Assembly (NCBI GenBank): GCA_964511305.1
Contig: CAZEEU010000001.1
Coordinates: 1 to 51,956, forward strand
DNA: 51,956 bases
Direction of reading: 5' to 3'
Source of the DNA: an uncultured Gammaproteobacteria bacterium
GTDB lineage: Bacteria; Patescibacteriota; Microgenomatia; Levybacterales; GWA1-39-11
A program made the position numbers and the translations under genes. Under the pieces are notes generated by a model, which ran no database searches, was not told the DNA's origin, and worked only from the letters and a program-made list of their open reading frames with translations. Numbering within the stretch: the stretch's first letter is position 1; every line of letters begins with the position of its first letter. Shown here piece after piece: positions 17,912 to 25,959 of the stretch.

Positions 17912-17940
17912 TTGTAAAAAGTCTTAATTTGTGTCATAAT
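17912..17940 (+). promoter_or_regulatory. candidate promoter of lemA-htpX
   Basis: TTGTAA (17912-17917), 17-nt spacer containing TG (17932-17933), CATAAT (17935-17940). The ATG at 17951 is 10 nt downstream. Confidence 0.4.
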
Positions 17941-17950
17941 TACTTTTACT

Positions 17951-18505
17951 ATGAACATGTGGATCGGAATAATAATCTTCGCAATACTCGCTTTTATAGC
18001 CTATATCTGGCTCACATATAACTCCCTTATTACTCTTCGTGAAAGAATCAAAGAAGCCCTAAGTGGAATTGATGTGCAGTTAAAAAGAAGAGCTGACTTA
18101 ATTCCTAACTTACTCGAAACTGTGAAGGGATATGCAAAGCACGAAAAAGAAGTTTTTGAAAATGTTACAAAGGCAAGAAGCATGCTAATGAAAGCCGATT
18201 CTCTTCCAGAAAAAGCACAGGCTGACAACATGCTTACTGGCGCACTTAAATCTCTTTTTGCTGTTGCAGAAAGCTATCCAGATCTTAAGGCTAGTGATAA
18301 TTTCAAAGACCTCCAAGATGAATTGTCTGATACTGAGGACAAGGTAAGTTATTCAAGACAATTTTATAATTCAAACTGTCTTGCGTATAACACAAAAATT
18401 CAGACTTTCCCCGCTGCACTTATTGCTTCACAATTTGGCTTTAAAGCCTATGAATTCTTCGAAGCAGATAACGAAGAAAAGAAAACTCCAAAAGTAAGTT
18501 TCTGA
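17951..18505 (+). CDS. lemA: LemA family membrane protein
   Basis: 184 aa. N-terminal TM helix, then [40 protein letters not shown] and YNT.IQTFP, a typical LemA pattern. Confidence 0.88.
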   Translation: MNMWIGIIIFAILAFIAYIWLTYNSLITLRERIKEALSGIDVQLKRRADLIPNLLETVKGYAKHEKEVFENVTKARSMLMKADSLPEKAQADNMLTGALKSLFAVAESYPDLKASDNFKDLQDELSDTEDKVSYSRQFYNSNCLAYNTKIQTFPAALIASQFGFKAYEFFEADNEEKKTPKVSF

Positions 18506-18509
18506 TACC

Positions 18510-18563
18510 GTGACAATTTACAGCCAAATTGCTTCTAACAAACTTAAGACATTCGTTATTTAA
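18510..18563 (+). other. 17-codon upstream ORF duplicating the HtpX N-terminus (VTIYSQIASNKLKTFVI*)
   Basis: GTG at 18510, TAA at 18561-18563. Codons 2-14 versus htpX codons 2-14 show 6 synonymous differences and 1 replacement. Confidence 0.35.
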
Positions 18564-18577
18564 GTATATTTTTACTT

Positions 18578-19477
18578 ATGACTATTTACAGCCAAATTTC
18601 ATCAAATAAACTAAAAACTATACTTATGATGGGTGTTTTTATCCTCCTATTTCTAGGTGTTTCTATCATTCTTGGCAGAGCTCTTGGATATGGAATGTCT
18701 TTCGTCGGGGTCATGCTTATTATATCTGGCGTCATGTCATTTGTTTCTTATTTCTATTCCGACAAAATAGTCCTTTCAATGAGCGGTGCAGTTGAGGCGA
18801 AACGTGATGAATACAGAGCGTTATATAATTCTGTTGAAAATTTAAGTATCGCCTCAGGTCTTCCAAAACCGAAAATATATGTTATTCACGATCAGGCTCC
18901 TAATGCTTTTGCCACAGGACGAGATCCAAAACATGCCGTTGTTGCTGCAACGACCGGACTCTTAGAAATACTTTCGGAAGCAGAACTTGAGGGTGTTATT
19001 GGGCATGAGCTCTCTCATGTAAAAAATTACGACACTAGACTTATGGGAGTCGTAAGCATCCTTGCTGGATCTATTGCAATTCTCGCAGATTTCTTCCTAA
19101 GAAGCCTTTTTTGGGGAGGAAGGGATGATAATAGAAGTAGCGGAAATGGGTTGATGCTTATCTTAGGAATAGCTGCGGCAATTCTTGCACCAATTGCAGC
19201 AACTTTAATACAATTTGCAGTTTCTAGAAGGCGAGAATTTTTGGCTGATGCAGACGGTGCCTTGCTTACTCGACACCCGGAAGCATTAGCTCGAGCCCTT
19301 GAAAAAATTTCCATGGATCGTCACCAATTAAAAACGGCCTCGAACGCAACCGCCCACTTATATATAGAAAATCCTTTCAAGACGGATTCTAAGAAGAAAG
19401 GTGCTTCATTTTTTGTAAAGATTTTCTCCACACACCCTCCAGCCGCGGAGCGAATAAAGATTCTTCGAAGCATGTAG
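18578..19477 (+). CDS. htpX: M48-family zinc metalloprotease HtpX
   Basis: 299 aa. Four TM segments, HELSHV zinc motif, and downstream EFLADADGA with a conserved Glu. Confidence 0.92.
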   Translation: MTIYSQISSNKLKTILMMGVFILLFLGVSIILGRALGYGMSFVGVMLIISGVMSFVSYFYSDKIVLSMSGAVEAKRDEYRALYNSVENLSIASGLPKPKIYVIHDQAPNAFATGRDPKHAVVAATTGLLEILSEAELEGVIGHELSHVKNYDTRLMGVVSILAGSIAILADFFLRSLFWGGRDDNRSSGNGLMLILGIAAAILAPIAATLIQFAVSRRREFLADADGALLTRHPEALARALEKISMDRHQLKTASNATAHLYIENPFKTDSKKKGASFFVKIFSTHPPAAERIKILRSM

Positions 19478-19496
19478 GTCTGATATACTAAAAATT

Positions 19497-20780
19497 ATGC
19501 GTCATGGAGTTCTCGTAGGAAAAACTGTTCTTAAAATAGGTAAGGCAATGAATGTAGGATCGGGATCCACTTGGCCAGGCCATGTTGCCCTTAAGATAGA
19601 TCCTTCATTAATAAGAGCAGTTGTTGAAAAAAATCCTGAAGTAAAAATTATTCTTATTGCAGGAACAAATGGAAAAACGACAACGACAAAGGCACTTTCA
19701 TATGCACTTGAATCAAGTGGAATTTCTGTACTAACAAATAACGCTGGCGCAAATTTACTCAACGGGCTGGCATCAGCACTTGTTTCTGGAATTGATCTAA
19801 ATGGCAAGCTCCGACAAGAAACTATTATCTTTGAGGCAGACGAGAATTCTTTGCCAGTAATTCTTTCAGAGATTCCAAATCCTAACGCAATTGTTCTTCT
19901 TAATCTTTTTCGGGACCAGCTTGACCGTTATGGAGAAGTAAATACTACGGCAGAAAAATGGATAAAAGCATTTAAAAAACTGACCGAAGACACTCTTGTT
20001 ATTGCAAATGCTGATGACCCCCTGGTGTCACATGTTGCCTCACATGCTGCAAAAAAAGTTTATTTCACGATCCCAACAAAGTATAAAAATACTAGATCTC
20101 TTGGACACGCAGTAGACTCAACAACCTGCCCAAAATGCAACTCGACACTTGAGTATTTAAGTATTAGCTACTCACATCTTGGTAACTACATTTGCCCTAA
20201 CTGCTCCTATTCAAATCCGAAAGCGGAAGGGTTAGAAATCCCATCAAATTTACTAGGAATTTACAACCAATACAATTTAAATGCAGCAGCAAAGGTACTA
20301 AAAAATGTTTTTGAAATTAAAGAAAAAGAAATTCTTAAAACCCTTTCTCAAGTCAAGCCTGCATTTGGCCGACAAGAGGAAATATCAGTAAACGGGAAAA
20401 AAGTAATGTATTTACTATCAAAAAATCCAACCGGATTTAATGAAAGTCTCAAAGTAGCTATAGAGAATAAGAGTTCTTCTTTGCTGATTCTACTTAATGA
20501 TAGAGTTCCTGACGGACATGACATTTCATGGATTTGGGATGTTGATTTTGAAATATTAAAAAAGACAAATATCAAAATTTTTGTGTCTGGAGACCGCGCT
20601 TATGATATGGCAAATCGACTTTTATTTGCCGGTGTCAGCCATGAAGTTTTTGATAGTCCAGATAAGGCCTACGAGGCAGCTCTCAACAATACAATGCAAG
20701 AAAAAACCCTAACTATTCTTCCGACATACTCAGCCATGCTTGAAATAAGAAAATTAATATCCGGAAGGGCAATATTATAA
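19497..20780 (+). CDS. murT: lipid II isoglutaminyl synthase subunit MurT (Mur-ligase-like)
   Basis: AGTNGKTTTT P-loop, Cys4 ribbon CPKC...CPNC, and C-terminal DGHDISWIWDVDFE (DUF1727-type). Followed by gatD. Confidence 0.85.
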   Translation: MRHGVLVGKTVLKIGKAMNVGSGSTWPGHVALKIDPSLIRAVVEKNPEVKIILIAGTNGKTTTTKALSYALESSGISVLTNNAGANLLNGLASALVSGIDLNGKLRQETIIFEADENSLPVILSEIPNPNAIVLLNLFRDQLDRYGEVNTTAEKWIKAFKKLTEDTLVIANADDPLVSHVASHAAKKVYFTIPTKYKNTRSLGHAVDSTTCPKCNSTLEYLSISYSHLGNYICPNCSYSNPKAEGLEIPSNLLGIYNQYNLNAAAKVLKNVFEIKEKEILKTLSQVKPAFGRQEEISVNGKKVMYLLSKNPTGFNESLKVAIENKSSSLLILLNDRVPDGHDISWIWDVDFEILKKTNIKIFVSGDRAYDMANRLLFAGVSHEVFDSPDKAYEAALNNTMQEKTLTILPTYSAMLEIRKLISGRAIL

Positions 20781-20785
20781 GCAAC

Positions 20786-21547
20786 ATGAAACAAAACAAA
20801 ATAAACATCCTCAACCCAAAACTTACCATAGGCTGGTTATATCCAGAGCTAATGTCTACCTACGGAGACCGAGGTAATATTATTGTTCTTAAGAAAATTG
20901 CTGAAGACCACAATATAAATGTGGAAATTTTGAGAATAAATCAAGAGACGGACGACAAAGCGCTTATAGAATGTGATCTTTTATTCATGGGTGGCGCACA
21001 GGACCTACAGCAAGAGATAGTAAATAAAGACCTAATTGAAAAAAAAGGAGCAACACTTATTAAAATGATCGAAAGAGAAATTCCAGGACTTTATATATGC
21101 GGTGCTTATCAATTCTTAGGCAAATATTATAAAGACTCGTACGGAACAAAAATTCCAGGACTTGGAGTTTTTGAAATGTATACAGAAAGTGATGCAAAAA
21201 AAGATCGGCTTATTGGAAATATCGTAGTAGATTATAACGGTGAACTACTAGTGGGATTTGAAAATCATGGTGGAAGGACTTTTCTTCAGGATAAGAATAT
21301 GGGTTTTGCAAAGGTGGTTAAGGGATACGGAAATAATGGCGAAGACGGAACTGAGGGAATCTTTTATAAGAACTCAATAGGTACTTATATGCATGGACCA
21401 ATACTCCCCTCCAATCCTACACTTGCCGTAAAACTTTTAGAGATGGCTATGGAAAAAAAATACGACAAAAAAGTAAGTTTGAGTTTTGACGACACTCTCG
21501 CCAAAAAAGCTAAAGGTATTATTCTCTCCCGCCTCGGAATAAAATAA
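20786..21547 (+). CDS. gatD: lipid II isoglutaminyl synthase glutaminase subunit GatD (CobQ/CobB-type GATase)
   Basis: YGDRGNIIVLKK near the N-terminus, nucleophile context ICGAYQFLG, and GTYMHGPIL histidine. Confidence 0.85.
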   Translation: MKQNKINILNPKLTIGWLYPELMSTYGDRGNIIVLKKIAEDHNINVEILRINQETDDKALIECDLLFMGGAQDLQQEIVNKDLIEKKGATLIKMIEREIPGLYICGAYQFLGKYYKDSYGTKIPGLGVFEMYTESDAKKDRLIGNIVVDYNGELLVGFENHGGRTFLQDKNMGFAKVVKGYGNNGEDGTEGIFYKNSIGTYMHGPILPSNPTLAVKLLEMAMEKKYDKKVSLSFDDTLAKKAKGIILSRLGIK

Positions 21548-21611
21548 CACCGAGATACTCTTCCCATCTTTTAATTATTAATTAACACTTAACGATTATC
21601 ATATCTTACGA

Positions 21612-21639
21612 GTCCGGTGAACTGTACCACCGAACTACA
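21612..21639. repeat. 28-nt direct repeat, copy 1 (gtccNGTGAACTGTACCACCGAACTANa)
   Basis: 26/28 identical to 22060-22087. Contains GAACT-N8-GAACT. Ends 5 nt before the ATG of the HTH gene. Confidence 0.85.
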
Positions 21640-21643
21640 ACGC

Positions 21644-22054
21644 ATGAGGAGATATGGTTTTATAACAAAGAACGACTACTTCGAAGCGCTTAATCGACTT
21701 CGTGATGCCTTTCTGGCTGCTAAGGATGGGAGCGAAGTAAATGAGATTATAAATGGAATATTAACCGATGATGAGAAAATTAAGATTGGAAGAAGGATTC
21801 TAGTAGCGAGAGCGCTAAAAAATGACAACACATATAGCGATATTACTAGTCTTTCTAACGTAGGTAGAACAACAATTACATGGGTTGCAAAACAATTGAG
21901 AAGTTATCCCAAATGCTTCGAACTTATTTTCAAACGATCCGTAAAGCTAGAAAAAGAATATGAACGAAAGAAATATCGCCTTGTTGGTGGATCTCAATTG
22001 GTCTTTAAAAAGAGAGAATATACTGGAATCAAAAGAAAAGATATAAAAAGATAA
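21644..22054 (+). CDS. TrpR/YerC/YecD-like helix-turn-helix protein
   Basis: 136 aa from the ATG at 21644. LTDDEKIKIGRRILVARALKNDNTYSDITSLSNVGRTTITWV matches the TrpR-related YerC/YecD pattern. The GTG at 21617 lies inside the repeat. Confidence 0.7.
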   Translation: MRRYGFITKNDYFEALNRLRDAFLAAKDGSEVNEIINGILTDDEKIKIGRRILVARALKNDNTYSDITSLSNVGRTTITWVAKQLRSYPKCFELIFKRSVKLEKEYERKKYRLVGGSQLVFKKREYTGIKRKDIKR

Positions 22055-22059
22055 TCTTG

Positions 22060-22087
22060 GTCCCGTGAACTGTACCACCGAACTATA
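22060..22087. repeat. 28-nt direct repeat, copy 2
   Basis: Begins 6 nt after the stop of the HTH gene, in a convergent spacer where no promoter is expected. Confidence 0.85.
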
Positions 22088-22102
22088 GATATGCGATATT
22101 GC

Positions 22103-22675
22103 TTATTTTTTTAATTCGGGGTACATCACTCCAGGAACATTTGTTAAATCTATATCGACTAAGTAAGGTTTAGCTGCTCCACCATTTATACTCCCGTAAA
22201 TATACTGAGATTCTCCTGACAAATCTGCTATTCGTGGGGTGTTTGTTAATCTGCAGTGTTCGTAATATTTAGCCAGTGCGCTAGATACTTCCTGTCGAGC
22301 TTCACTTGGGGCTTCTATCAAAGGGACACCATCTACAAAATCAACGATCATATATGCATTATTCTTTCTCGCTATTGCGCGTTTGGGATTCTTTTCCAGC
22401 GTAGCTGCACCGAGTACTACATCGAAATTAGGAATATTTATTCCAAATTCTTGCAATTCCCTCATCTTTTCAGCTCCCATTCTCAAGACATCCATTGGCC
22501 TATGCTCCCCAACACTTAACATTAATGTTCTAATAACCATAAGTGCTCCGTTTTCTTTTGATTTCACCAAATCCATATCTCCAGAGATACCACCACTTAG
22601 TGTTTTTACAAATTCACCCTTGAAAGGACTGTAGTCTTTGCCAACAAATGATGGCTTATCATCGTGAACTTCCAT
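22103..22675 (-). CDS. hypothetical protein; possibly a minimal, degenerate APH/choline-kinase-like (protein-kinase fold) protein
   Basis: 190 aa. LSGGISGD (Gly-rich loop-like), AYMIVDFVDGVPL (hinge-like), and IADLSGESQYIY...YLVDIDL (degenerate catalytic/DxD-like). Weak pattern only. Confidence 0.5.
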   Translation of the reverse strand: MEVHDDKPSFVGKDYSPFKGEFVKTLSGGISGDMDLVKSKENGALMVIRTLMLSVGEHRPMDVLRMGAEKMRELQEFGINIPNFDVVLGAATLEKNPKRAIARKNNAYMIVDFVDGVPLIEAPSEARQEVSSALAKYYEHCRLTNTPRIADLSGESQYIYGSINGGAAKPYLVDIDLTNVPGVMYPELKK

Positions 22676-22777
22676 AACAATTATTATAACACTGAAGCTT
22701 GAGAATCTAAGCTCAAGACGGTATACTTAGGAGCATGGCTTGCCTCTTTAAAGAGGCGCAAGCTAGTTAAAAAAACT

Positions 22778-23068
22778 ATGAAAATTGATGTGAATAAAGT
22801 CGCAAAACTCGCTAATCTCACAATAACTCCTGACGAAGAAAAAGAATTTGATAAGCAGTTGAATGACATTGTCGGCTACATAGAAAAACTAAATTCTGTA
22901 GATACAACAGGAATTGCTCCCACAGCCCAAGTAACAGGGCTTGTCAATAGAACCCGAGAAGACAAAATTGCTCAAAATAGTCTGCCACAAAAAGACGCCC
23001 TTTCTGGAGGGAAAAAAATCCATAATGAAATGTTTGTTGTTGATCAGACCGTAGACACTACAAGTTAA
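22778..23068 (+). CDS. gatC: Asp/Glu-tRNA amidotransferase subunit C
   Basis: 96 aa. VAKLANLTITPDEEKEFDKQLNDIVGYIEKLNSVDT is typical GatC. Confidence 0.9.
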   Translation: MKIDVNKVAKLANLTITPDEEKEFDKQLNDIVGYIEKLNSVDTTGIAPTAQVTGLVNRTREDKIAQNSLPQKDALSGGKKIHNEMFVVDQTVDTTS

Positions 23069-23175
23069 ATGTTCAAAAACCAAATTACAATTTTCAAACT
23101 AAATATAAGAGTTTAAGTATTAAAAATTAAACATTCGTTTGATCCATTGGCATTTGAGAATTGGATTTTAAAAAT

Positions 23176-24585
23176 ATGGATATACAAAATTTTACAATTA
23201 GCGACATCATCGAAGGCTACAAAAAGAAGGAATTTAGTGTAAGCGAAATAGTTAACTCGTATCTTGATAGAGTAAATAAATTAAATCCATCCCTCAACGC
23301 TTTTATAACCATTGATCAAGACAATGCCCAAGAAAAAGCTAAAAAGCTTGACGGAAAAGAAGTAACAAATCCTCTTCATGGCATTCCTTTCGGTATAAAA
23401 GATATGTTCTTAACAAAAGGAGTTAGAACAACTGCTGCATCAAATGTTCTTAAAGACTATATCCCACCCTACTCTGCTACTGCTATTACTAGGCTTGAGG
23501 AACAAGGTGCAATTTCTTTAGGAAAATTAAATCATGACGCATGGGCTCATGGCTCAAGTGGTGAAAATAGCGACTTTGGAAATACTCTTAATCCATGGGA
23601 CAAAGACTATATTCCTGGAGGTTCATCGTCAGGCTCTAGCGCATCAGTATCTGCTGGAATGGTACCATTTTCAACCGGTACAGATACTGGGGGCTCCATA
23701 AGACTCCCTGCAAGCTTTACAAATACTGTAGGCCTCAAGCCTACGTATGGCCTTGTTAGCCGCTATGGAGTTATCTCAATGGCATCATCGCTTGACTCTA
23801 TTGGACATTTTTCAAAAACAGTGAAGGATTCAGCAATAATCCTTAACGCTACCGCAGGTCCTGACGGATTTGACTCAACACTCGCCGATAAAAAAATAGC
23901 TGACTACACAAAAAGCATAGGCCAAGACATAAAGGGTATTAAAATTGGTATTCCGAAAGAATATGTTGGTGAAGGATTAAGTCCAGATGTTGCGGGAATT
24001 TTTGAGAATAGTCTTCAGGTGCTTAAGCGCCTTGGTGCTGAAATTATTGAAATCTCACTTCCCCATACAGACGAAGGAATCGCAGTTTATTACATAATCC
24101 AACCATCAGAGGTTAGCTCAAATCTAGCGCGCTATGATGGTATAAGATTCGGCAATGATAGATCTCATTTTGGAAAAGAAGCAAAAAGAAGAATAATGCT
24201 TGGAACATTTACTCTCTCTTCTGGGTATTATGATGCGTATTACAAAAAGGCTATGCAAGTTAGAACCTTAATTACAAAAGACTTTATCGACGCATATAAA
24301 AAGGTGGATGTAATAGTGTCTCCTGTTTCTCCAACTCCACCCTGGAAATTTGGAGAGAAAGCAAATGATCCGCTTGCAATGTATCTGTCTGACGCATTAA
24401 CAGTAACAATTAATCTTGCCGGTGTCCCTGGAATTTCAGTACCTGCCGGTTTTAGCAAGGATGGGCTACCAATTGGAATTCAGTTTATCGGACCGCACTT
24501 TTCTGAGGAGCTACTTTTCAAAACTGGCAATGCATTCGAACAAGAAACACAATTTTGGAAACAAGTTCCAAAATTAGAACTATAA
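23176..24585 (+). CDS. gatA: Asp/Glu-tRNA amidotransferase subunit A (amidase signature)
   Basis: GIPFGIKD and GGSSSGSSASV...GTDTGGSIRLPA amidase signature. ATG at 23176 preferred over TTG at 23161 by comparison of N-terminal length with GatA proteins. Confidence 0.92.
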   Translation: MDIQNFTISDIIEGYKKKEFSVSEIVNSYLDRVNKLNPSLNAFITIDQDNAQEKAKKLDGKEVTNPLHGIPFGIKDMFLTKGVRTTAASNVLKDYIPPYSATAITRLEEQGAISLGKLNHDAWAHGSSGENSDFGNTLNPWDKDYIPGGSSSGSSASVSAGMVPFSTGTDTGGSIRLPASFTNTVGLKPTYGLVSRYGVISMASSLDSIGHFSKTVKDSAIILNATAGPDGFDSTLADKKIADYTKSIGQDIKGIKIGIPKEYVGEGLSPDVAGIFENSLQVLKRLGAEIIEISLPHTDEGIAVYYIIQPSEVSSNLARYDGIRFGNDRSHFGKEAKRRIMLGTFTLSSGYYDAYYKKAMQVRTLITKDFIDAYKKVDVIVSPVSPTPPWKFGEKANDPLAMYLSDALTVTINLAGVPGISVPAGFSKDGLPIGIQFIGPHFSEELLFKTGNAFEQETQFWKQVPKLEL

Positions 24586-24602
24586 ATTAAAAAGTAAAAA
24601 CT

Positions 24603-25955
24603 ATGAATAATCAAAATTTGAGCGTCAACAAATACGAAACGGTAGTTGGGATGGAAATTCATGTAGAGCTTGCAACTACTACAAAAATGTTCTGCAGTTG
24701 CCCAGTTCCTAATCTCTCAGACAAACCAAATACCAAAACTTGTCCAATCTGCCTAGGACTTCCAGGTGCGCTCCCATTCACCAACCAAAAAGCTATCGAG
24801 TCGTGTGTTCAAATTGGGCTTGCGCTTAACTGCACAGTCAATCAAGACTCATATTTTGAAAGAAAGAATTACTTCTATCCAGATCTTGCTAAAGGATTTC
24901 AAACGTCACAATTTCTTCATCCTTTCGGTGAAAAAGGGTATCTTGATATTAAAGTTAATGGGACTACAAAAAGAATTGGCATAACCCGAGTTCACATGGA
25001 AGAAGATACTGGAAAGCTCACCCATGCAACGGTTGATGGGAAAGAAGTTTCTTTAATCGATTTCAATAGATCAAGCGTACCCCTAGTTGAAATTGTAACT
25101 GAGCCTGATATTAGAAGTGGAGAGGAAGCGAGAATATTCCTGCAAGAACTGCAAAAAATTATACGATTTTTAGGAGTAAGCGATGCAGATATGGACAAAG
25201 GACAAATGAGGTTAGAGCCAAATATTTCGCTAAGGCCACATGGTCAAAAGGAATTAGCTCGATACAAAGTAGAAGTCAAAAATATCAATTCATTCAAGTT
25301 TGTTGAAAATGCCATAAAATTTGAGCAAAAACGACATGAAGAACTATTGAGTAAAGGTGAAGTTCCAACACAGGAAACAAGAGGCTGGAATGAATTCAAG
25401 AATAAGACCGTAAGTCAAAGATCAAAAGAGGAAGCTCATGACTACAGATACTTTCCAGAACCTGATTTACCTCCAATTAAATTTCTTGACACTACAGTTG
25501 AAGAACTTAAAAAGTTGCTTCCAGAACTTCCACAAGCTCGAGTTATTCGATTTGTAAATGAGCTTGGTCTTTCAGAATATAATGCTGAGATCTTAACTCG
25601 AGACATAACTCTTTGCAATTTCTTTGAAGAGGCAGTTTTTGAAGGAAAGAATTTACAAGTTGATGCAAAAACTATTGCAAACTTTATTATTAATAAAAAA
25701 CCGGATTTGGAAAAAACAAAACCCTCAACACTAGTCTCTGAAATAAAATCTGAAAGTAATGTAAAAAGTTTTGATGAAGCAAAATTAACAGAGACAATTA
25801 AAAAAGTTATGAATGATAATTCTGCAATAGTTGAGGAATATAAATCTGGCAAAGTTCAGGTATTAGGATTTCTTATTGGAGCAACGAGAAGAACGCTTCC
25901 AGAAGCAAAAGATGTCGAGCAAATTAGAAATTTACTCACCAAAATGCTAGAATGA
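24603..25955 (+). CDS. gatB: Asp/Glu-tRNA amidotransferase subunit B
   Basis: GMEIHVEL, CPICLGLPGALP, HMEEDTGK and a C-terminal GatB_Yqey-like tail. Confidence 0.93.
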   Translation: MNNQNLSVNKYETVVGMEIHVELATTTKMFCSCPVPNLSDKPNTKTCPICLGLPGALPFTNQKAIESCVQIGLALNCTVNQDSYFERKNYFYPDLAKGFQTSQFLHPFGEKGYLDIKVNGTTKRIGITRVHMEEDTGKLTHATVDGKEVSLIDFNRSSVPLVEIVTEPDIRSGEEARIFLQELQKIIRFLGVSDADMDKGQMRLEPNISLRPHGQKELARYKVEVKNINSFKFVENAIKFEQKRHEELLSKGEVPTQETRGWNEFKNKTVSQRSKEEAHDYRYFPEPDLPPIKFLDTTVEELKKLLPELPQARVIRFVNELGLSEYNAEILTRDITLCNFFEEAVFEGKNLQVDAKTIANFIINKKPDLEKTKPSTLVSEIKSESNVKSFDEAKLTETIKKVMNDNSAIVEEYKSGKVQVLGFLIGATRRTLPEAKDVEQIRNLLTKMLE

Positions 25956-25959
25956 TGGG

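Noticed and set aside
18503-18505. Alternative genetic code (UGA recoding as in some candidate phyla)
   Set aside because: TGA ends conserved proteins at their expected lengths (lemA 18503-18505, gatB 25953-25955, GT2 39817-39819 on the minus strand). No conserved gene needs read-through of an internal TGA.
22676-22777. Hairpins (cttgag/ctcaag and gcttgcctcttTAAAgaggcgcaagc) upstream of gatC, as a possible riboswitch or T-box
   Set aside because: There is no T-box specifier or antiterminator signature and no known riboswitch core. The spacer is short and divergent, and is more simply explained by promoter-proximal structure. It is not supportable as a feature.
23066-23116. 15-codon ORF (MFKNQITIFKLNIRV) starting right after the gatC stop
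   Set aside because: It has no SD and no conservation evidence available, and it lies in an AT-rich spacer where such ORFs arise by chance.
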